Below, one piece after another: positions 9,231 through 15,886 of a stretch of 24,000 bases of DNA. The position numbers and the translations under genes are program-made. Within the stretch, counting starts at the first letter, position 1. Each line of letters opens with the position of its first letter. The stretch lies in assembly GCA_030041355.1 (NCBI GenBank), contig JASHNZ010000019.1, forward strand, positions 68,042 through 92,041, given 5' to 3'. Source of the DNA: Nitrososphaerales archaeon (GTDB lineage: Archaea; Thermoproteota; Nitrososphaeria; Nitrososphaerales; CADDZS01). The notes under the pieces were generated by a model. It was not told the DNA's origin. It made no database searches and saw only the letters and a list, made by a program, of their open reading frames with translations.

Positions 9231-9531
9231 TCAATTGATCCTACCCGCTCCCTTCAGGGCTCTGAGAGCGTTTAGGGTTATCATTTCATTGGGACCACAG
9301 CGACCCCAATCAACAACTTTGACGCCCCAATAAACAACTTCGACAGAAGCACGCCGTTTCTTTCCCGTTGTAGCTCTACCTACTAGGTATCAGTAGTAGC
9401 CCCCAGGCCGCCAACGACCATCCTTTCATGCTTTTTGACTCGATGAGATCCAGTGCTTCTTTCGCTCTTGGATCATTCAATTTACCGTCCAATTGCAAGA
9501 GCCATAGGACAGTAGGATCATTTCGATCCAT
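9231..9531 (-). pseudogene. decayed gene fragment (one frame change plus an in-frame TGA); possibly the C-terminal part of a prenyltransferase/terpene-cyclase-repeat-like protein (tentative)
   Basis: From the ATG at 9531 the minus strand reads MDRNDPTVLWLLQLDGKLNDPRAKEALDLIESKSMK. After a 1-nt frame change it reads DGRWRPGGYY*YLVGRATTGKKRRASVEVVYWGVKVVDWGRCGPNEMITLNALRALKGAGRIN, with the stop at 9231-9233. The in-frame TGA is the complement of 9390-9392. Confidence 0.4.
9304..9344. repeat. tandem direct repeat, two copies of a 20-nt unit at a 21-nt period
   Basis: CCCCAATCAACAACTTTGAC (9304-9323) and CCCCAATAAACAACTTCGAC (9325-9344) differ at two positions. On the minus strand they encode VEVVYWG / VKVVDWG inside the pseudogene. 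Confidence 0.8.
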
Positions 9532-9590
9532 GTGTTATCCTAGTTTCCTCCCCGGGCTTTTGCAAAGAGATTTGTATTCTTCGAATCGCT

Positions 9591-9977
9591 TTACTTGTTT
9601 GTGTCGACTACACAGAAGAGATTGCCGTCAGGATCTTCGAGGACTACGAAATCATCTTCTGGATCATATTTCTGAGCATGACGCGTCGCTCCCAGTTTGA
9701 GAAGCCGGTCAATTTCGCTCTTCTGGTCGTTCGTGTAGAGGTCGAAATGGAGCCAGTTTCTCCCCATGAGCTTCTCAGAAGGCTGAACCTGATTCAACGA
9801 CACGTTAGTGTTTCTCCCTGCAGGATCTCGAAGCACAGCCCAACCGCCACTTGGTGAGTTTCTCGTAATGTAGTGGAGCGCTTCCTGCCAGAAGACCAAC
9901 ATCTTTTCGAAGTTGACGCAATCGATGACAATAGAGCCGATCCTCAAGTCTGACTTTTCGTTCATTTCAGTTTGCAT
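9591..9977 (-). CDS. VOC / glyoxalase-bleomycin resistance family protein
   Basis: IGSIVIDCVNFEKMLVFWQEALHY ... WLHFDLYT ... FVVLEDPDGNLFCVV is a typical paired beta-alpha-beta-beta-beta VOC module. Confidence 0.8.
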   Translation of the reverse strand: MQTEMNEKSDLRIGSIVIDCVNFEKMLVFWQEALHYITRNSPSGGWAVLRDPAGRNTNVSLNQVQPSEKLMGRNWLHFDLYTNDQKSEIDRLLKLGATRHAQKYDPEDDFVVLEDPDGNLFCVVDTNK

Positions 9978-10000
9978 GTTTTTCTTTCAGAAGCTAGTGT

Positions 10001-10008
10001 CTATTAAC
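10001..10008 (-). promoter_or_regulatory. TATA-like box for the VOC gene (leaderless spacing)
   Basis: The minus strand reads GTTAATAG, centred about 27 nt upstream of the ATG at 9977. Confidence 0.4.
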
Positions 10009-10129
10009 CGTTGGAACTCTGTAGCTCAACTTTTGAAATGCTTGCCTAACTTGACTCAGGCGTTTGCCTGTCAACATTGCGCCTTTCCTCGTATGGCACC
10101 GCTTATGTCGAACCCTCGTTCCCAATTAT

Positions 10130-10168
10130 GATTCTCGATCTCTGCGATGAGAATCGACTGTTTTTCTT
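10130..10168 (+). terminator. hairpin followed by a T-run (plus-strand orientation)
   Basis: The hairpin is GATTCTC(G)ATC-TCTGC-GATGAGAATC (10130-10155), followed by GACTGTTTTTCTTT. It lies between two minus-strand genes, so its function is unclear. Confidence 0.2.
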
Positions 10169-10175
10169 TAAGACT

Positions 10176-11180
10176 CTAGCGACTTGCACTCGTGACCCGT
10201 AGATGCCCTAAACGCCAGGGTTTCATTATGAGATCCCACGGAGTGATCAGCCCTGAAGGTGACAGAACGCAGCTGGTTCCGGATTCAATCATTGACTGAG
10301 CGGCCGTTCTAAGATTATCATGCCTGCCGATTTTCTGTGCGACCGTTGGCTTGATGATCTCTACCTCCTTATCAAGGGCTTTTTCTAGTGCTACAATGTC
10401 AAAGGCACTTGCCTCCAGCCTTCGGTTTGCGAAAAGAAACTCTAGAATATCCCGGTCTGTGATTATCTGTCTCTCTGAGTCCTTCAAAAGAGCCCTTCTG
10501 AATTTCCTCTTCAGCATGTCCCTTAGAACATCCTTCAATCTTGCGGAGCGGCTGATAGAGAAAATCGGTGAGGAAGTCACGTCGCTAACCAAGAGGTCTG
10601 AGTAAATGTGTCCTGTGATGTGTAGGTCCAGAAGATCTCGGATAAATATCAGACTTGGATCCTTTTCTTTGTCAGGTTTTTCAACCACAGCGTATCCAAA
10701 AGTAGTCGCCTCAAAGATGTGCAAAAGCGAGATGAGGTCGTCTCCGGCGAGCGTAACAGTGCCCACGGTTAAAGAATTATTTTCGCAGGGCTCTTCAAGC
10801 ATAGAGAGCCTGTCACCCTCAAGAAGTTTTGATATTACGGTGTACCCAGAAATTGCTTTTGCACGCCTAAATTCCTTTGAAACATTCTTCGGCTGCTCTA
10901 TTGGCAAGGCTTCCATTTTGGAGGATAAGAGCGTCCAAATCGCCACCACGGTTGGAGTCGAGGCCTTAAGTTTAGGAACTGTTCTAGACATTGCTATCGG
11001 GAAGACCTCATCCAGCATGAGCGTCATTAGTTCTGCGCGCTCTGATCTTGGAAACGATAGCACAAATGGTTCCTTATTAAACCCCGGTGTCGATCCTCGA
11101 CTCTGAGAATGAGTTGTCGGATTGCTGTGAGGATTTGAAAATTGGGAATGCTTCGATCCCAAGATGCACACACTGCCCAA
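10176..11180 (-). CDS. CBS-domain protein (apparently two CBS pairs, no other domain)
   Basis: The C-terminal pair is VSDVTSSPIFSISRSARLKDVLRDMLKRKFRRALLKDSERQIITDRDILEFLF and IIKPTVAQKIGRHDNLRTAAQSMIESGTSCVLSPSGLITPWDLIM. Two weaker CBS-like units lie in the N-terminal half. The first ~50 aa of the track ORF (TTG start) are low-complexity, so the ATG at 11027 (MTLMLDEV) may be the real start. Confidence 0.75.
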   Translation of the reverse strand: MGSVCILGSKHSQFSNPHSNPTTHSQSRGSTPGFNKEPFVLSFPRSERAELMTLMLDEVFPIAMSRTVPKLKASTPTVVAIWTLLSSKMEALPIEQPKNVSKEFRRAKAISGYTVISKLLEGDRLSMLEEPCENNSLTVGTVTLAGDDLISLLHIFEATTFGYAVVEKPDKEKDPSLIFIRDLLDLHITGHIYSDLLVSDVTSSPIFSISRSARLKDVLRDMLKRKFRRALLKDSERQIITDRDILEFLFANRRLEASAFDIVALEKALDKEVEIIKPTVAQKIGRHDNLRTAAQSMIESGTSCVLSPSGLITPWDLIMKPWRLGHLRVTSASR

Positions 11181-11247
11181 AGTGTGGTATCTATGTAGTA
11201 GACTGCTTTAACCCGCTGAACAGTATAAGGATCGCTTTGCCCGCCGA

Positions 11248-12492
11248 CTAAGCGATCTTGTATCTAAGCAAAGCGGCAATACCTCCGACAGAATTGAGTC
11301 TCTCTTTCTCTTGCGAAGATATCACCTCGACTTTGGCATCTGTGGTCGAAGCAGCGTCTTCCAAGACATCTATGACGTCTCTATCTTCTACCTCGAATTC
11401 TAGGCCGTTACATTTTTCACAAGGGATCAAAAGTTCCTGTTGTGTAGTTTCCACCTCCTTTTCCTCATGGACTAGTCGCGTTCTTGAGGTGTCGCACTTT
11501 TTGCATGTCAAGACAATTTCAATCAAGCCAGTATTATCTGCGACGAGAACGGTATCTGCGACTCCATTTCTCACAGCATCTAGCACTTTATGCAAACCTG
11601 AAACTACCAAGCCATCTTTCCTCGCCGTGTCTACCTCTAGACGTTGCATCAGCTTCTTATCCTCTGAGGAATGAATATTTTTCAGAACGTGAGCTGATTT
11701 CTCAAAAGCTTCTCTCACTCCTTCCTTGCCAGAAAGTGCTGTATCCACTTGAGAAAGAAGCATGTTCTTGAGCTCGTAACGCAGGAAATCTTCTTTTAGG
11801 AAATCCTCTTTGGTGAATCCTGGTCCGCCAACAATCAATCCATTAACTTTCTCTTTTGTGATAAAAGCTTCAGTTGCATGATCTGCAACCCTGTGAAAAT
11901 AATAAGTGAGCTCCATGTCTCGTTCTCGCTCATATCTCCTTTGACTCCAGCCGCCCTTGTCAGTCTTGCCAGAAATACCAGAGGTGATATGATCAACCAT
12001 ATCGAGTCTTTCACCGTTCAGAATTCCAAACCCAGCCGTATCTGCATCCATCGCGATTATGCCGACAACCCTGTCTTCTCGGAGCATGGTTCTGAGGGGC
12101 TCCAAATTGAATTGATCGTCGACTCCGAAAATAAAGTGAGTAATGGGCTCAGGGGGAATTACCTCATGAGTATCCACGCGCTTTGCTCCTGAATTAGGAG
12201 CAGCAAATATCGCGAGCCCATTATCTGGAATTTCATTTCGCGTCTTGAGATGATGGATTATTTCTGAAAACTCCTCTCGGACTTCTTGTCTCGTGGCTTG
12301 AGATTTAATTTCTGGATAGTCTAACTGCTCTTTGAGGAAGAGATCTGTGTCCTCAATTGATTTCTCCCTCGGTATGTAGACCGACACGAGATCCTTTGCA
12401 GTTGCTTCTTTGCTTGACAAAGATGCTATGAGCTTTCTCATCTTGTACTTCTTGACAGAATCAGTCGACGCCACTTGGTCCACATAGGACAT
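11248..12492 (-). CDS. peptide chain release factor aRF1 family protein with an atypical GGW in place of the GGQ motif
   Basis: It is collinear with aRF1/eRF1 over all three domains. The matching blocks are LVSVYIP, EIKSQATR (NIKS position), NGLAIF, FGVDDQFNLEPL (YxCxxxF position), GKTDKGGWSQRRYERERD (GGQSxRRF position), GLIVGGPGFTKEDF, and a C-domain CxxC...CxxC mini-domain, ending in GGIAALLRY. Confidence 0.9.
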   Translation of the reverse strand: MSYVDQVASTDSVKKYKMRKLIASLSSKEATAKDLVSVYIPREKSIEDTDLFLKEQLDYPEIKSQATRQEVREEFSEIIHHLKTRNEIPDNGLAIFAAPNSGAKRVDTHEVIPPEPITHFIFGVDDQFNLEPLRTMLREDRVVGIIAMDADTAGFGILNGERLDMVDHITSGISGKTDKGGWSQRRYERERDMELTYYFHRVADHATEAFITKEKVNGLIVGGPGFTKEDFLKEDFLRYELKNMLLSQVDTALSGKEGVREAFEKSAHVLKNIHSSEDKKLMQRLEVDTARKDGLVVSGLHKVLDAVRNGVADTVLVADNTGLIEIVLTCKKCDTSRTRLVHEEKEVETTQQELLIPCEKCNGLEFEVEDRDVIDVLEDAASTTDAKVEVISSQEKERLNSVGGIAALLRYKIA

Positions 12493-12730
12493 CTTGACTT
12501 TCGAGCCTGAAATAAGCGCTATGGCTAGCCTTTTCGTTAGTCACATTAGGGTAGCTCGTACATCAGCTTCTTTCCTAACTAGCAAGAAGCAGTTCGTTGG
12601 TTTTGCGCACTCGCTTTGTTCTACGGGTAGTCTTCACAATAGGGCAGTTGCTCCTAGCACTGTCCCAATAATCTTAATCTTGCGTATCTTGGAATCTATC
12701 TTGATACCTTAATCGGCTCCCCTAATCAAG

Positions 12731-12991
12731 CTATTTCCAGTGACCGCGCTGTCCTGCGAATATTGGTCGTCTGCCCGGTAGTTCGGCGGCCTTGAGGAGG
12801 ATTTGCATTGCTTCCTCTCTGGAGAATCCAGACTTCTCGAGGGCGTCTCTGAAGGTACCTAGGACTTCGGCGTACTTTGCGGCGTTAGCGCCGAACATTT
12901 CCAGACGGGCTGTCGTCATCTCATTCATGGTCTTCCTGAACTCAGCAATTTGATCCTTCGACGGGACTCTTCTTGGCATTGCTTCTCTCAT
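12731..12991 (-). CDS. small all-helical hypothetical protein
   Basis: The 86-aa ORF has an ATG start, with a TATA-like CTTATCTA (13017-13024) about 29 nt upstream. The composition is coding-like (MREAMPRRVPSKDQIAEFRKTMNEMTTARLEMFGANAAKYAEVLGTFRDALEKSGFSREEAMQILLKAAE). I recognise no family. Confidence 0.55.
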   Translation of the reverse strand: MREAMPRRVPSKDQIAEFRKTMNEMTTARLEMFGANAAKYAEVLGTFRDALEKSGFSREEAMQILLKAAELPGRRPIFAGQRGHWK

Positions 12992-13016
12992 CTCAACGTA
13001 TCAGGCATCATGGAGC

Positions 13017-13024
13017 TAGATAAG
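13017..13024 (-). promoter_or_regulatory. TATA-like box for the 12991 gene
   Basis: The minus strand reads CTTATCTA, centred about 29 nt upstream of the ATG at 12991. Confidence 0.3.
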
Positions 13025-13266
13025 TCTGTCATGGGACGCTAGGAAATCACTTTTACTCCGCTTTATTCAGAAAATTCTGCCATTCAATTACTTCGAAGCG
13101 AGATTGAGGGCTTGAGCTTTATGCTTTTGTGACAATTGCTTCAAGAGAATGCTGCAGATCCTAGTTTAAAAGTCAGACTTGGAAAGAATGTACTATTTTT
13201 AGATCAAATCTGTTTAGGAGAACGAGAAGCGAACGGTTAACTCGCAATTGGAACAGCAACTTCGAT

Positions 13267-13719
13267 CTAGTTCGACCTTTCTCTTGTTTTGCGAGACCTC
13301 CTCTCCTGCATCTCGCGGATAGTCTTTCGCATGTGGCACTCACGGCAAAGAGACTGGCAGTTGTCAACATCAAATTCGCGCCCGCCAAGCGCGAGGGGTA
13401 TTATGTGATCGACCTGTCTAGCTCTGCGTCCGCACTTAATGCAAGTCCACCTGTCACGCCGGAGTGCTCTGTAGCGAATTTGTCTCCAAGTGACCACGAA
13501 GTAACTGAACCTTCTATTGAAACTTCTCCTGCATCTTGAATCGCAAAAGATCTTGCGTTTGTCCTGCAACTGTGTGCCGCAGAATCCGCACGTTCTGTTT
13601 ACATGCGCTAATTGCTTGAATCTCGCGTAACCCTTGAGCTTTTCCGTGTCAATTACGAAACGTCTTCTTACTTCAAGGAATTGTTCGTTAGTTTGTAAAG
13701 ACTCGAGAAACCAGTTCAA
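13267..13719 (-). CDS. HNH endonuclease with an N-terminal zinc-ribbon-like Cys cluster
   Basis: The HNH core is WTCIKCGRRARQVDHIIPLALGGREFDVDNCQSLCRECHMRKT, with a preceding CGFCG...FCDSRCRRSF cluster. There is no in-frame ATG before the catalytic core, and the track start is a TTG. Confidence 0.8.
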   Translation of the reverse strand: MNWFLESLQTNEQFLEVRRRFVIDTEKLKGYARFKQLAHVNRTCGFCGTQLQDKRKIFCDSRCRRSFNRRFSYFVVTWRQIRYRALRRDRWTCIKCGRRARQVDHIIPLALGGREFDVDNCQSLCRECHMRKTIREMQERRSRKTRERSN

Positions 13720-14040
13720 TTGCTGTCTGCCCTGTTTTTCCTACTGCTATCCTCAGCATCGTTTCTTTAGAGACATCGAGTCAAGATCGCTTAACGACTA
13801 CGAAAGAATAATTTCCCATCCATGCAAGATAACTCACTTGTTTTCTGACAGAACTTTTGAGACTAACGCCAGGGTAATCTTCTCCCGAGAGCGCCGGAGG
13901 CACAACGAGGACACCTTCGGCCATCTAAAGCGAATGTTTTTGTGCATAAAAAATTGGAAAACGTGATTAAGCATCGTTCGCGAACGAGCATACAAAAGGT
14001 GAAATTCCTTGAGTAAAGGGGAACACAAATTAGATTACGC

Positions 14041-14048
14041 AATAAATC
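14041..14048 (+). promoter_or_regulatory. TATA-like box for the 14072 miniprotein (leaderless spacing)
   Basis: The sequence AATAAATC is centred about 27 nt upstream of the ATG at 14072. Confidence 0.35.
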
Positions 14049-14071
14049 ATCTGTCGCGCGAGCGCAGTCGA

Positions 14072-14197
14072 ATGGCAACTGAACGCGATGTTGCGCTCAA
14101 CAACAAGGACTACGACCTGGCAAAGGATCTGGATTGGATAGTTAGTGGTCTCGATGCGGCAATCAAACTGCTTGAGGACAAAAAGGCTGAATCCTAA
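14072..14197 (+). CDS. 41-aa miniprotein with a UVR-domain-like motif
   Basis: The product is MATERDVALNNKDYDLAKDLDWIVSGLDAAIKLLEDKKAES. The A....DY.LAK.L..I..L pattern resembles the UvrB/UvrC UVR motif. The track ORF starts at the TTG at 14009, but TATA spacing favours the ATG at 14072. Confidence 0.4.
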   Translation: MATERDVALNNKDYDLAKDLDWIVSGLDAAIKLLEDKKAES

Positions 14198-14411
14198 ATT
14201 CGATGGAAGTCAACCTGCGGACAAGTAATTCGGAAAAACTTTCTCAGGAGATCTAGATTGGACTATTTAGGGCAGAATAATTCATTTTTGTTCCAACTGC
14301 GACTTCAGGTCATCGAGGATTTGTCGTCGCTACGACTGGAAATCAACATCATGAAGAGGGAATGGCCTGAATATGTTTATGTCACGATCTCAAGAGAGAG
14401 TTGAGTAAGTA

Positions 14412-15224
14412 ATGACAGAGTCTGTTTCTCAAATGAAAGCTCATGGTAAGCTCGAAGGTCAGGTTGCAATCGTCACCGGCGGTAGTGGCGAGATCGGACA
14501 AGCAACAGCACTAACTTTTGCAAGCGAGGGGGCAAAGGTCGCAATTCATTTCTCCGGTCTTACCGAAGAATCCTACAAAAGAGCCATTGAGGCTTCAAAC
14601 AAGTTAAAAGAGCTAGGCGCTGAAAGCATGTCATTAAGCGCCAAGATTTCAGACTACAATGAAGTAAAGGGTCTTGTCGATAAGGTAGTGAATGAATGGG
14701 GAAAAGTAAGTATCATAACTTGTTTTGCGGGTCTCCCTTCTTCCTTGCAGTTTTGGAATGAAAATTCCCTCGAACTATCTGAAGAGGATCTGCTTTCCGC
14801 GATTAGAGTCGATTTCCTTGGCTCTTACAATTTTATACGAGCTGCAAAGGATTACATGAAGAAGGAGCACTACGGGAAGATCGTTCTCATCAGCTCGACC
14901 CCTACAATCTATGGCGAAGATTTGGGCTATAGGTATTCTCTTGCAAAAGACTTGAACAGACTGACGGTCAAGTCGTTAGCTCCCAAGCTCATAAGAGATT
15001 ACGGAATCTATCTCAACGCCATCGCTCCAGGTACGATTGGAACGAATGCAAATAGAAAAAACTACAATGAAAAACAGTGGAATGAGCTTGTGAGCGCAAT
15101 TCCTCTTGGGAAAGCTGGTGCGCCTGTAGACATTGCCAAAGTCGCGCTCTTTTTATCTTCACACGATTCCGATTTCGTTGTGGGGCAAACAATCATTGCA
15201 GATGGTGGGGAAGTGAGACTTTAG
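14412..15224 (+). CDS. short-chain dehydrogenase/reductase (FabG-like SDR)
   Basis: It has the cofactor motif VAIVTGGSGEIGQATALTFASEGAKV (TGxxxGxG) and the catalytic Y-x3-K (YSLAK). NAIAPGTI is the PG motif, followed by the C-terminal GQTIIADGG. Confidence 0.9.
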   Translation: MTESVSQMKAHGKLEGQVAIVTGGSGEIGQATALTFASEGAKVAIHFSGLTEESYKRAIEASNKLKELGAESMSLSAKISDYNEVKGLVDKVVNEWGKVSIITCFAGLPSSLQFWNENSLELSEEDLLSAIRVDFLGSYNFIRAAKDYMKKEHYGKIVLISSTPTIYGEDLGYRYSLAKDLNRLTVKSLAPKLIRDYGIYLNAIAPGTIGTNANRKNYNEKQWNELVSAIPLGKAGAPVDIAKVALFLSSHDSDFVVGQTIIADGGEVRL

Positions 15225-15333
15225 GGCGATTCAATTTTTGTGAGGAAATAAAAGGTGTTTAATGAAGTACACTTGTCGGTAACAAGCGGCGAGCGAGCAT
15301 TGGTGCTATCTTTAGCTTCTTTCTCATTACACA

Positions 15334-15696
15334 TTATTCAAGAATGTGATCAGCCTCAATCTTAAAGAGGACTCGATCGCTGACAGGTCGGTCCGGATCC
15401 TCTATCGTCCCAAGATATTTCACTGACATTTTGTTGTTTTGCTCCTCAGCTCCCTCCTTTGTTATTTCTATGATGTGACCTCTGATCAGCACTTTTTCGT
15501 ACGGATTTTTCTGGTTCATTATACTGATCATTACTTTCTGATTTTCCTTTAGTAACTTGCTTTTTGCAAGGATTTCGGCGGCGTTGATCTGAATAGTATC
15601 ACCATCGCGGTCAATCCAGACAGGACTGACGTGCGGATTCCCTTTTCGGGTAACAAAAGCAAAATTCGCGAAGTTCTTGTCGTCGATAAGTTTCAT
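15334..15696 (-). CDS. pyridoxamine 5'-phosphate oxidase family (split-barrel flavin/F420-binding) protein
   Basis: NFANFAFVTRKGNPHVSPVWIDRDGDTIQIN is the typical PPOX N-terminal strand pair. The track start is a TTG at 15717, and the ATG at 15696 (MKLIDDKNF) is more likely. Confidence 0.75.
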   Translation of the reverse strand: MKLIDDKNFANFAFVTRKGNPHVSPVWIDRDGDTIQINAAEILAKSKLLKENQKVMISIMNQKNPYEKVLIRGHIIEITKEGAEEQNNKMSVKYLGTIEDPDRPVSDRVLFKIEADHILE

Positions 15697-15886
15697 CACT
15701 TTTTGATTCAGTTTCAAAATAGAACAGGAAAGAGTGCCCTATTTTGGTTTCTCGACGTTTTCTATCAATTCACTGTGCCAGAACAGAACCTGGTCGACCT
15801 ATCAACAGATCTGAAAGAGCATAAGGTCAGTGAACATCAAGATCTCAGGAAGATCATAGGCGAACATATCAACAGCTATCTCAAAG

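Noticed and set aside
9390-9392. In-frame TGA in the 9231-9531 fragment as possible Sec or Trp recoding
   Set aside because: TGA terminates several solid genes here (qor, hppA, dys, the 19532 membrane protein). The fragment also has a frameshift and lacks an N-terminal region, so a nonsense mutation in a pseudogene is the simpler reading.
9428-9700. 90-aa plus-strand ORF spanning the gap and the VOC gene 3' end
   Set aside because: It is antisense to the VOC gene and to the pseudogene fragment. The translation is Cys/Arg/Ser-rich with no motifs.
10351-11106. Long plus-strand ORFs (84 and 166 aa) antisense to the CBS gene
   Set aside because: They are Ser/Arg-rich low-complexity translations with no motifs. 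These are classic shadow ORFs opposite a real gene.
11258-12192. Plus-strand ORFs (138, 95 and 104 aa) antisense to the aRF1-like gene
   Set aside because: They are shadow ORFs. The minus-strand frame has full-length family similarity.
13634-14078. ORFs 13634..13966 (+), 13834..14028 (-) and 13863..14078 (-) upstream of the HNH gene
   Set aside because: They overlap one another, their sequences are Cys/Arg/Phe-rich and non-protein-like, and they have no motifs. I treat the region as non-coding or decayed.
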